The translations under genes and the position numbers were made by a program. DNA of 64,000 nucleotides. Origin: Raillietiella orientalis. Lineage: Eukaryota. The notes beneath the pieces were generated by a model. The model worked only from the letters and a program-made list of their open reading frames with translations, was not told the origin of the DNA and ran no database searches. Where the stretch lies: assembly GCA_036172245.1 (NCBI GenBank), contig JAYWIR010000007.1, forward strand, positions 1,054,001 to 1,118,000. Direction: 5' to 3'. Of the stretch, positions 11,939-23,227 are shown piece by piece; the stretch's first letter is position 1; every line of letters starts with the position of its first letter.

Positions 11939-14206
11939 CATCTTTAGGTCCCACCGATCCAGAACCGCACTCCCAGGCAAGCCGTTCTGTTCCCGCGCGC
12001 GTCTCTCCGAACGGTAGAGCTTCTCTTCGCACGATCGATCCAGGACGAACGAGAGACCTTCCAGCGGGACCAGTCAGCGACAGTCATTCCCCAAGGGCGC
12101 ATCTAGCTCTTTCCTGGGGGATTTCAAGGGCAGGCCTCTGGCGCGACTCGTCCGGGAGAACCCGCCTCGTCTTTGGCTGCACCGCCAGTTGGTCCAGCTT
12201 TCAAGCCTCCGTGAGATCCATCGGCAGCGCCCTTCCTCCACGGGGCGAGATTCCGGTTTGCGGTTCCTTTTGCTTCCCTCCTCTCGATCCCTGCCGGGTG
12301 TTGTTGTCCCGAGGGCTTTCCTCTGCCGTCGCCCCCCCCCCCCCGAACCTTTGGCTCAGCTTTCGAGATTTCGGCTCTCCGAGAGCGGAAACGCCATCGC
12401 GTCACTCGGTGGCGCGTGACGGCGCTGGCACCGCGAATCACTAGCGGCTCTCCTGACCGGGTCAGAGGGCGCGCGTGCACGCTGCCTTCCCTCCTTCCTC
12501 TCGCAAGCCTGGGCAGCAAGCAGCCTCCCTGGAGCTCTCTGGTATGGTTCAGCGCAAAAACTTCACCACGGCGTTGACCCGATTCGACGGGACGCCACCG
12601 CGTGCCCGAGAGCAGCGTCAGTCGACCTTGCTGAAGGAGGGATGATGGCGAGGGAGGCATTAGGAAAAACAAAAAACAAAAAAACAAACAGACCAAGAAG
12701 GAAAGACCCGAGGAGCAGAAGAAGAACGCGAGCTCCACACCTCCAGCAGCGATGGCGGCGTAAAAGTCTCTCGACTTCACGAAAGACTGTGGCTCCTGGA
12801 CGGCAGAATGACGACGACGCGCTTCGAGATGAACCACCTGGTTGCTACCGGTGACGGTGGCGACGAAAGCGCCCCGCTTCGGAATCGTCCCGGGGGAGAG
12901 GGGGGGGGGATTCGCTCGCTCCTCCCCCTCCCCTTCCGCTCGGTAAGCTTTCGAAGGACCGCCAAAGACCATGGGTGCATCGATCCGGAGATCGTCCCCC
13001 CCCCCCTTTCCCTTCCCTCCCCCTCCTACTCGTGTGCGTGCAGGTTTTTTTTCTTCCGCCGCATTTTGTACCGGGGGGGTCTCTTTGAAGACGCACGGGC
13101 CGCGCGCTCCCGAGCGTGGGAGTAGCCGAGCCGGGCGATCCCTTTCCTTCCTCGGATGGGTGAGTCCGCCGGCAGGTCGCGGGAGAGGCAGGCATCGCTG
13201 CTGCTGCTGCTTGCGGCGCGCGCGAGCGCAAAGGGCGGGGCTCGACCTTGAGAGATGCGATCTGTTCGGACCGCTCTGGCGGATGGGGACACGCAGGCGC
13301 GCCACGCGCTCGCGTGCTCCGGTGCGGAGCGGGAGCGATGGCCTGCGTCCGCGCGCGCGCCGGGCGGGTCCGCTGAGGAGCAGCGCGCGGGAACTCTCGG
13401 ACGCAGCATCCTTAGCGGGATGGGTCCAGCGGGAGCCGTTTTCCCAGAGCAGGACTCTTCGGGCGGCTGAAGGCGAGACCGAGGGCAGAGGTTTTACCCC
13501 TGGCGATGCGCGGTCCTTCGGGACTCCGTCTCGCTGTTTCCTTTTTCTTTCCCCTCCTTCGGAGATCTGCCGCTGCCTCCCAGCGCCTGCCCGCGGAGAG
13601 CCATGGAGAACGTGGAGCGCGCGCCACGCGCGCCGCCACCTCTTTTCTCACGACCGCCGCTTCCTGCTTTCCTGTTCTCCTGGCATCTGGCCGTGCCCCG
13701 AGGCGCCTTCCCTCCCCGGGCGTTCCTGGAGAGCGAATCACCTCTTCTCGGATCTCCGACCCGCTGGCCTGCCAGGCTTCCCCAGGCGGAGAGCTCGAGG
13801 CGCCTCGGGGCACGTTGGGCGCCAGTCGCCCGCCTCCGCTCTTCCTCCCCGTTCCACTCCACCGTCACAGACAACCGAGGCTTCGCGCCCCCTCGGGAGG
13901 GGAGGGCGAAAGGGACCCCTGAGCGTCCTTTCTCTCTCCTGCTCTCCGCGGCCCTCTCCGCTTTCCCGGGAATGGGAAGAAGGATCCTCTGGACCTCAGA
14001 GGTCGCGCCGTGCGCGCTTCGCGATGCCCCTCCTCGCGGGTAGGAGGCGCCTTGGCACGTCTCTTCGCGCCAACCTCGCGCTAGGGGGCACTCACGTGCA
14101 GGGGACGAGGGGATCGGGAAACGCGGAAAGAAGGGGGGGGAGGAGCGAGTGCTGGTCAGTGGACCTCGTGTCTCGGGGCCCCGGTGCTTCGGAGTTCGCC
14201 GAACTC

Positions 14207-14236
14207 GTCACGTGACTTTTCCTGTGCGCGTGCGCA
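14207..14236. promoter_or_regulatory. Extended E-box (USF/MiT-TFE CLEAR-type) plus NRF1-like site
   Basis: GTCACGTGAC at 14207-14216 and TGCGCGTGCGCA at 14225-14236, followed by GGC repeats and a T20 tract. Confidence 0.5.
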
Positions 14237-14620
14237 CCGGCTCGATCCGCGGTAAAGGCGGCGGCGGCGAAGGCAGCGGCGGCGGCGGGGAGGAGGAGGG
14301 GGAGGGGGGTCGGCGGCGGCGTTGCGTGGTGACCGCGCGAGCGAGCGCTCGCTTTCCATCCGCCGCCGCCACAGCGTTTTTTTTTTTTTTTTTTTTGTGC
14401 GTGTGTTTCTCGTCCCGCAGGATCCCGCCTGGCTCGCGCGCACGCGCACAAGAGCCTCTTCCCTCGCTCCGCTCTAACTCAAGAGCGCGCGCGCGCCTCC
14501 TCTTCCGGGCAGTGCGAGACACGAAAAGACGGTCATCTCCCCCTCGGCTTCGTCTCCGCCGTCTTCCCCCCCTCCTCCCACTTCTTCCTTCCTTCCTTCC
14601 CGTCCCTCGACTCCCTCTCG

Positions 14621-14965
14621 TTAGTCGCTGAGAAAAACTGCGGGTCCGGCACTGATGGGGGAGAGAAGGAGGAGGGGGGGGGAGAGAGAACGGCGGCGGC
14701 GGATTGCTCCGGGAGATTCAAGATGCAGGAGTGGAGTCCAGGAAAGGAGGAGGGGGGAGGAAACGAGGAGACAAAGGCACGAGAGGGGAGGGGGGGGGAG
14801 GCGTCGGCGTCGTCTCTGCGGGAAAACTTCGAGCGCCGGTGGTGCCGGGACCAAAAAAAAGAAGAAAAAAAAAAGAGGAGAGAGAGAAAAGGGGAGGGAG
14901 GAGGAAAGAAGCAGCTGGGAGCGAAACTGGATCTTCGGCGGCGGCGGCGGCGACAGAGCGCACAG
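14621..14965 (+). other. Candidate first exon ending at a strong splice donor
   Basis: Initiator-like TTAGTC at 14621 after a pyrimidine tract, and CAG|GTAAGG at 14965/14966. ATG at 14723 is open to the donor (81 codons, phase 0), but the peptide is low-complexity, so this may be 5'UTR. Confidence 0.35.
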
Positions 14966-15932
14966 GTAAGGGACGCCTTCTCGGGAGAGAGAGTCCATCG
15001 GACCGCTCCCCCACTCCACCGGGGAAGGGACGGAGGCGAGAATGCTCCTCCCCATCGCAGCTCCTGGAGGACACTCCGTCTCGTCCGGAAAGGGTTTCCT
15101 TCGTCCCCCGGACCACTTCCCAGATCCCCCCTAGGCCTCCACTCCTGGAGATGCCACCCCACACACCCTGATCTATTGACGGAAGCGACCGCTCTTCCGG
15201 GAAGGAGGATCCGTTCCTCTCCTTTCTTGCTCCCGGGATTCTCTCCTCCTCGAGGCGGCCTCCCTCCCCCGTCTGACCTACCTGACCTCGCATCCCGGAG
15301 CACCCCCCCCCTCGTTGGACTCTTCCCTAACCTGGGTCTTCTCCTGACCTCAGTTGGTTCCTTTCGGACCAGCCTGACCTTCAGGTGGCTGCTCCCTTCC
15401 CTCAGAGGCCAGGCCGCGCGAGAGCCACGCCGGAGCTCCTAGGGCTTTCCCCAGGAAAGGAGGGGGGGAGGGACCGACCTCGGAAAGATTCAGAGGCCTC
15501 GATGCTCTCCGTTTGGGAGGCTCTCTCTCGGGCCAGCGCCTCGATCGGTCTGCATTTCCCCTTTTTCTGCAAGTCCAGGATCGAGCCATGCTCCTGAGCC
15601 AAGGATCGCAATCCTCTACGAGAAGCGCGGGTTTCCTGTTCATTGCCCCACGCCCGCCACCTCAGAAAACGGTCGCAGAGAGGGTCGACCCCCTCGCGCG
15701 CTTTCCTCGCCTCTCCTGCTTCCCAACGCTCCCGGAAACCTGGATACTGTCTCTACCGGCGCCCTCTGGCCCTTCGTGTTACCGGGAACTTGTCTCCCCA
15801 ACCGGAGTTCTTGAGCCCCGGCGTGACCCAGGGGGAGGGATGTCCACGAGAAGCCAGTGGGGCTGCAGCGGAAAGGGAGGGAAGTCGTATTCGTTTTCTC
15901 AGTCTCCCTCCTCGAACAGGTGACCAGCTTGC

Positions 15933-16107
15933 GGGGAGGGAAGGAAGAGGAGGAGGAAGAGGAAGAGAAGAAGAGGAAAAAGGGAAGAAGATGAGGAAGA
16001 GAAGAGGAGTAAGGGAACAGGAGGAGGAAGGGAGAGGCAGGAGGAAAAAGGGAAGAAGAGGAGGAAGAGGAGGAAAGGAGGAGGAAGGATGGAAGGAGGG
16101 GAAAAGC
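15933..16107 (+). repeat. ~175-nt polypurine (GGA/GAA) low-complexity tract
   Basis: Almost only A and G, with a handful of pyrimidines. Confidence 0.9.
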
Positions 16108-18579
16108 GAGTTTCTTCGGTGTGTTTGGGAGCCCTTCGAGATGCAAAGGAAAGCAGAGGGATGAAGAGTGCGGACCTACCGAAGATGCCCACTAGCGCTC
16201 GGAAGGCGGAAGCTTCTCGGAAATCCTGAAGGAGGAAGGCAACGGGGTGGAAGGGATTGTTGTCCCCGAGCGCGCGAGAGAAGAGACTGCTTGATTGCAG
16301 CAAGCGATGGTTGCCCCCCCACCCCTCACCACCGATGCTGCTGCTGCGGTGGCTGGGGAAGAGACACTCCAGCAGGGGGAGACGGCGAGAGAGCTGGAGG
16401 GATCGCGAGAGACGTCTGGGAGGGACCAAGTACCTGCGACGGCTCTTCCCGGGTGTGTCACCACGAGAGCATCCGGGGGATGCCCGGGGGAACGTGGTCC
16501 CTTCCGGGGCTGGAAGAGGAGCCGCTAGGCGGCGGGCTGAGGTCGAGACGGCGCCGGAGCCGGAGCGAAGACGACTTCTTGTGGAAGCCGCCTCAGCCTC
16601 AATAAAGCAGACGTCGGAGGAAGGGGATGGAAGCCCCTTGGGACATCTGGCATGCCGGATGCCCGCTGCCTTGCAGGAATCCTGAGCTGGTCGGGGAATC
16701 CGGAAGGGGAGGGGAGGCGGCTAAGCAAAGGCAGGGACGTCTTTCGGGAGGGTCCGATCTTTTCGTTGCCTTCCCGTCGGAGGAGGAGTGGGCGGAGCCC
16801 CAGTCATCCTTGCCCCCATGTCAGGGTTCTGGGATTCTCCTGGCTGCATCCAGGGACAGCGTTTCTCCCCAGGTGACGGAGGGCCGGAGGGAGCGAACTC
16901 CAAGGGAGCGTCGAGGATGAAGAGTGTGCTGAGGCTGGGAGAGATGCTCGTGGTGGCCACCTGAGGCGGAGAACCGAACCAGAGAGCAGGGGCGTGCTCC
17001 TTCTCGGCACCTCCGAGAGGGAGATCGTCGCCCACCCACGCGTTCCCTCCAGGCAGAGCTGTCTCTCTTTCGGGAGGAGCGGAGACCGGGAATGGGGCGG
17101 CTAAAAAGCAGGGGAAACATAGTGGCAGGAGAGACCCGTTCCCCAACTGAAAACTTTGTTTTTTCGGGTGGGTGCACGGGACCCACCAAGGATACGAAGG
17201 GGAGGGGGGTGGACATTTTGGATCGGTCGGGATAGCGAGCGCGTGCGAAGAAACTCCAAGGGGTGACGACGTCCACATTACAAGGTCCTACGGGAAGTGG
17301 TGCTGCCGAGGGAGGGAATCAGCCGCCGCCTAGAACGATGGCGCACCCTGCAAGAGGGGAGCTCGACTGGCCTCTTACGGGGGGACACCCGTCTTCATCG
17401 CAGCTGTCACGGTTACGGTGCATGATGACGGTGCACCGAGGGCGAGGAGCCAGGACGAATGCAGAGTGTGAGTCCAGGATCGACGGACGTGGGGCTCGAC
17501 AGGGAGGACCCGACGGAGAGTGACAAAGATCGCACCCCTCCCCAAATCCAGCTGGAACGAGGGGTGGAGAGAAACGCCCTCAGAATGCGAGCCTCTACCA
17601 GAGGAGGGATCGGACGGAGCATCCCTGCCGGGGCAGCCCGCACACACCCCGCCGACAACGGCGCCTCTCTCAGCGGCAGCCTTGGGGCCGCATTGCGCCC
17701 TCTGACGCGCGCTCTCTTTCCTTCCGACGTCTGCGCAGCCGGGAATCCGGCTCCCCCTCGTCAGTGTGCGAGGAAGAGAGGGGAGGGGAGGAAGAAGCTT
17801 TATCTCGATCTTCGGAGCCCGGGCTCGACTTATCTCGAAAAAAACAGACGCCGGGGCGTCACGGCTCCTGTCCGCCCACGAAGACCGGGAGTTCCCGTGG
17901 GCTCGCGACATCTGGAAGGAAGGGAAGAAATGGACCCTCCCCCCACCACCAATCAGGTCCTCGAGCAGATCCTTGCCCGGATGGGCGCCCCGCCGCCGCC
18001 GGCACGCCGTCTCGGCTGCGCGGGGCGAGGGCCCGCCCGTGCCCCGGAAGATGCCCGCCACGTGCTTCCCGCTCCGCTGCGATGGATCCCGTCGCACTCG
18101 TACCCGACGACGCGGACGGCGTCCCGGCGGCGGTGGAGGCGGCGGCGGAGGGAACGCTTGCCTCTTGCATCTGTAGCGCAGCTCGCTCTCCACGCAGCTG
18201 CTGCACCGCGTCTCCGGGAGAGCGCGCGCACCAGCAGCGGAGGCGAGGCGAAGAGCCTGGAGCGGCCGCCCGTCCGGCGGCGGGAGCCACTCGGGGGTAG
18301 GGCGACAGCAGGGATCGAGGGGAAGCCTGGGAGACGTCGCGGTGGCCATTCGCGGCTGGACCGCCCTCGTCGGCCCACGAGAAGGGGTGGAGTGCCCAAG
18401 GGGAAGGGACAGGCCAGGCAGCTCTCGCGACGGCCAGGGGAGGTGCACGGCGACTGCCCGTCGATGCCCTCTCTCTCTGCCTGCATCTTTTCTTCCGTGA
18501 CCTGAGGCGCGGTGTTGGTGCACTGCCCGCAGAGTTTCCTTGGCTCCTTTCTAGGCTGCTGCGCTCAAACCACCCGTTG

Positions 18580-18663
18580 CTCCTCCTCCTCTTCCCTTCC
18601 TCCCTTCCTCCTCCTCTAACTTCTGTCCTTCCTCCTCTTCCCTTTCTTTTCCTCCTGCTCCCA
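18580..18663 (+). repeat. Polypyrimidine (CCT/CTT) low-complexity tract
   Basis: ctcctcctcctcttcccttcctcccttcctcctcctct...ttcctcctcttccctttcttttcctcc. Confidence 0.85.
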
Positions 18664-19744
18664 TTCAGAAGCGCTCATAGCCGCGTGGCTCAGTTCCTGC
18701 GAAGGTCGAGTCCCCCCCCCCCTTCCTTCGGGGCTTCCGAAGACCAGCTGCACCGCGCTGCGGAACGTCACGGTTGCGGCGGAAGCAGCGGGCTGACCAG
18801 CGCGCGGAGGCCGGACAGTAGCGGAAGCTCAATCCTTCCGCGTCGCCCGGAAGCTCGCTGAGCCTGTCCGGCGAGGAACGAGCAGGAGGGAGCTCTCGGG
18901 CGAACAAATCCGGGGGTCATCTGGATGACCATGACACCAGCAGGTCGTTTGAAGACTCCTAGAGTTCCCCTTTCAGGGCAGGCTGAAGAGGGGCTCGTGA
19001 TGAGCTCCGGAAGGCATCCGTGTTGCCTCTCCCTCTCCACATCATAAAGGGCCCGTGCCTCCATGGGGAGCTCCCCCCCCTCGGTTCACCGCATCGAGGA
19101 GTTCCTGGTCGCGCCCCGCAGCCGCCTCGGGTCGTCTCCGCTCCCTCGGTTTCCAAGGGAACGCAGGGAAAACCCTTCTCCCGCATCCGGGAGCGGGTGC
19201 TGATCAAGTTGCTGGCGTTCGGATCTGCAGCCTCCAAAAAGCGCATCCCCAGGGTCGAGGAGCACTGGAGAGGGCAGCGCCGCCGCCGCGACGGCATCAC
19301 TTGAAGCCCCCTGCCTGGGCCGCCCTCGCTCTTCTCCGGTCACGTTCGTGATCGCGCGCTCCTCGGTCCTCCCGGCGTGCACCTTCCGGAGGAGGCGCAG
19401 AGGCCACCACCCCGGGGAGGAGGGGTAGAGGGGCTGGAGTCGCACGGAGGGAAGGTCGTCTCCACCTATGGGGCACAGCGTCGCAGGCACACGCCCGGGA
19501 TCGTCGTAGCGGCCGCTTCAGGGAGGACTCGCTCATTGGCGGCGCTAGAAGAGGGTAAGCAGGAACACGTCCGGAGGGGTCGCCCTCCCAGCTGACCTCG
19601 GGCGTCCGTAGCGGTGACGCCAGGGAGATCCGGAAGGCACCCTCCTTCCTTCCCCCTGGCTCGCCCCTGGAGGGGTAAATCGCAGGCTTTTCAGGATCCG
19701 AAGGTCGACCTCGGCGCGCTCGCGACGAGGAAGCCATCCCCTTC

Positions 19745-19889
19745 CGGGGAAGTGGCCCCGGAAAGGGAGGGCAGAAAACCACTGCGGCGGCGGTCGCCCT
19801 TCGAATCTGGAAAGGTCTGCGGTTCCCCTGGGATGAGTCGGGGAAGTGGCCCGGAAGGAGAGGGCGGGAAACCTCTGCGGCGGCGGTCG
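19745..19889. repeat. Two-copy ~52-bp diverged direct repeat, 94-bp period
   Basis: cggggaagtggccccggaaagggagggcagaaaaccactgcggcggcggtcg (19745-19796) versus cggggaagtggcccggaaggagagggcgggaaacctctgcggcggcggtcg (19839-19889). Confidence 0.85.
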
Positions 19890-20755
19890 GCAAGGGAAAC
19901 GCGTTGATGCGGGGATCAAAGATCTCCACCGGCGACCCGGCAGGGAGGCGCGGGACTAGCTGAAAGGCGGAGTGGGGGCGAAAGGGGAGGAACCGGGGCG
20001 GGACGTCGGGTTCCGGTAGCGGGGAGAGCAGAGAGGGAGTATCTCTCAATCGGAGCCGGGATGCTGGACATCGGGACGCTCGCACCGCCTGGAGCATAGG
20101 AGGTGTGCGCCTCCTCCCCCTGACCTTTCCATCAGAAACGCGCACGTTTCCGGGGGGGGGGGGGGGCAGACGAAAGAGAGCGGCCAGGAGTGGAGCGACC
20201 TTCGCCCGGCAGGGGTTCCGCGGGGGACCGGGAGGCGCGGGGCGGGCCTCCTTCCAGAGTCCGCTCGGGCGGGAGAGAGCGGGAGCACCGCCGCCGCCGC
20301 CGCCGCCGCCGCTCGCCACTCCCCTGGCAAGTGCGGACTCCAGCGTTGACCTTCGGGCCGTTTCACGACCAGGGGGCACGCGGGCGCGCCGCGACGCGGG
20401 AGGCAGGCCGACCGGCCTGTGCGCGCGTGTTCCGCCCCCGGGTGTTGGAGGAGGCCGGGCCGGCCTGAGGAGGCGGATGCGGGCCGGGCGGGGCCGGTGG
20501 CGGAGAGCCCCGAGCGTCCTGCCGAGCCTGCGCCGGGATCACGGGAGGAGGAAGTCGGGGGATATCTCCCGATGAGCGAGCAGGAAGGAATCGCCCTCGG
20601 GGGGCTTTGGGCGTTCCGCCGCGTCCGCCCGCGCGGTTCCCGCCTCTCTGGAGAGGAGGTCGCGAGGCGGTGTCGAGGAAGGGAAGGGAGGAGGGGGAGA
20701 CGGAGAGAGAGGGAGAGGAGGGAACGCCGCCGCCGCCTCCGCCTCCGCCGGTGTC

Positions 20756-20823
20756 ATGGAAACCGAGCCGCCGAGCGACTCTCGAATCGGGAGCTGCCTC
20801 TCGCCACCGGAGGCGGGGAGAGG
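20756..20823 (+). CDS. Candidate short first coding exon (METEPPSDSRIGSCLSPPEAGRG), phase 2
   Basis: Preceded by a GA tract and a (GCC)n leader typical of 5'UTRs. Start context GTCATGG. 22 codons plus GG, then consensus donor AGG|GTGAGT. No homology recognised. Confidence 0.3.
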
Positions 20824-21592
20824 GTGAGTCCTCCTGTCGTCGCCTCCTCCTCATCCCTCCCCGTGCCGGCTGCGCGCCGCGAGCTCAGCGAGGTCGTTGA
20901 AGTGGCGCGCGGCGCCTGGAGACGGCGACGACGCCCGCCGGGAAGTTTCCCGCCGTTCCGGCACGGAGCGAAGCGGCGGCGGACTGGAGCACAGAGACGT
21001 CGCCGCCGTCGCCGCCGCCGCGCCAGTCCGCTTCCCGGGTCCGAGCCGAACGGCATTGCGCGCGTGCGCGCGCCAGATCGTGCCCGCCGCCGCGACTCGG
21101 AAGAGGAAGCAGCGCCGCCTGCCGGAAGCAATCGGAGGTGGGTGGCGGCGGGGAAGCACCGACGCAGCGGACGCGGACGTGACGCGAGCGCGCGCGCGCT
21201 CACTCGCGCCCGGACGGGTCTTGACTCTCCCCTTCCGCCTCTCCCACACGCGCGCTCGCTCGCTCGCCCGCTCGCTCGCCGTCGGCTTCTCCCGATCGCC
21301 GTGCACGTGCGCGCCGCGAAACCGCCCACGCCATCCCCCCCGAAGAACGCACGTTCCCGTCGGGATTCCGCTCGGGGGTGCGCGGGAAAGGTGCGAAAAG
21401 CACGAGGGAGGGGGGGAGGAGGAGGAGAAACGGGTGTTATTTTAATTTTTGCTTCATTTTTAGTTTTTTGTTTTTTATTTCTATTATTGCTATTGTTATT
21501 GTTTTTGGTATTTTATTGATGACGCTTTGCTGCATTAACAGCAGGGAACCGCGGCTGTTTGTCTTCGCCGGCGGCGGCGCCGGGCGGCCGAA

Positions 21593-21613
21593 CCGATGAC
21601 GTGACGTCATCGG
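21593..21613. promoter_or_regulatory. 21-bp palindrome containing overlapping TGACGTG and TGACGTCA (CRE/ATF-type)
   Basis: ccgatgacgt-g-acgtcatcgg, with perfect 10-bp arms. Confidence 0.55.
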
Positions 21614-21625
21614 AACACGAGGAAA

Positions 21626-21632
21626 ACACACA

Positions 21633-21676
<44 letters not shown>
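21626..21676. repeat. Compound (CA)n(GA)n microsatellite
   Basis: About 12 CA units then 13 GA units. Confidence 0.95.
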
Positions 21677-21682
<6 letters not shown>

Positions 21683-23008
21683 AACAAAGAAAGGGGAGGC
21701 GACTGCTGGAGACGACGGGGGCCAGGGAAGGTGATGAACACGCGGGGAGCAGGAGCGGGTACACCTTCCCTCACCCCGTGCTGGCGCCGCTTCCCGCCTC
21801 TCGTTCCCTCCGCCTGCCGACGGAGGAGGGTGGAAGCGTCTCCTGGAGCTAGCCGTCCCGGAGATGAGAGGACTGGTCGCTTCTCGTCCGTCCGAGAGCA
21901 CGCGCGCTCCCTTCCGGGTGGAGGCGGCGGCGGCTGCGGCGACCGTTGGAAGACAGCCGGCACCATTCCCAGGGCGGGCGCCCGCGGCGATCCCGCGGTG
22001 ATCGAAGGGGGGGGGACGCGGAGAGAGGGGGGAGAGAGAGAGGTTGGCGAGAGAGACCCGCCGCGCTTTTCCAGGCGCCGCCCGCCGGCTCCGGGAGAGG
22101 CGCGCGCGCTTTCCGGGACGGGCCACGAGCGAGCGAAGCGTGCGAGGCGGGAGCGGAATGGAGCCGCTCTGTTCCCGGCAGGGGAGGCGGGGAGGGGGCG
22201 CGGCCGAAAGAGCGTCTGGCCGGCCCCGCAGCGTCTGGCTGGCTGGCTGGAGGCGGCATAGGCGCCACTGGTGCTACCCGTCGTGCAGGCGAACGGGAAG
22301 CCGCCGCCGCTGTTCCCCCCCCCCCTCCCTCTGCATCCGTCTCTGACGTGGCAGCCCTGCTTTCTGGCGCATCTCCGCCGTCCCCCCGTCACTTTTTGTT
22401 CCCCCCCCCCCTTTTTCCAAGGGATGGGGTAGGGCGGTGGAAGGGGGGGGGGAGCGGAGGAGGAAGGGGACGAAGACCGTCGCGGCCTGCATGGCGGCGG
22501 AGACGGGATCCGCAGGGACGCCTGGGCGCGTTCTCGATTGTGGGGTCCCCCCGGCTGTCTTCCTTTTTTTTTTTTTGGTCTCTCCCGCTCCTGTGCGAGA
22601 CGCTGAGCTTTCTGCTCGCCGCCGTCGCTTCCCGGTTCTTCTCAGCTCCTCCTCCTCCTCCTCTTCCTCCCCCCCCCTCCCCGTTGCTAACTCCCGTCGC
22701 CGTACGAGGAAGTCTTTGGGAGATTTCGGAAAATGGAGGGTATTCGACCCCTCCCCTCATCCTGACCCCCTTTCTGGGATCAGAGTATCCCACTCGAAAC
22801 CCAGGAGGTCACATCCTTCCAGCGCGGAAAAAAGGGAAGGAGGGGGGGCGGCGGCACAGGGATCGAGGAAGAAGGGAGTGAGGGGGAGGGGAGGCGGTCG
22901 AGCAGCGCGCGCAGCATCTCGAGAGGAGGCGGAAATCGACTCCATCCGTGTCGGCGAAAAGTCCGAGAGATGGCAGCAGAAGCAGTAGGAGATCCGCCTC
23001 TGCCGCTG

Positions 23009-23227
23009 GTAGTCTAGGCAACGCCATGCACCTCAGGGTGAGGAAGGGGAAGCGGGGAGAGGATAGGGGGATGCAGCCGCGCAGGTGCGCCGGGGCGCGC
23101 GGGACGCTGGTCGAAAGGATGACGTCATCAAAAAAGGTGTCTGGGCTCCGCGGCGACTTTCCTGCAGGCGCGACCAGAGGCCGTCCTCCAGAGAGAGGAG
23201 GAGGGAGGGAGCCGGTCGTCACGTGAT
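23009..23227. promoter_or_regulatory. X-box-like site, ATG/donor, CRE and extended E-box cluster
   Basis: GTAGTCTAGGCAAC 23009-23022; gccATGCACCTCAGG|GTGAGG with ATG at 23026 and donor after 23037; GATGACGTCATC 23118-23129; GTCACGTGAT 23218-23227. Confidence 0.45.
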
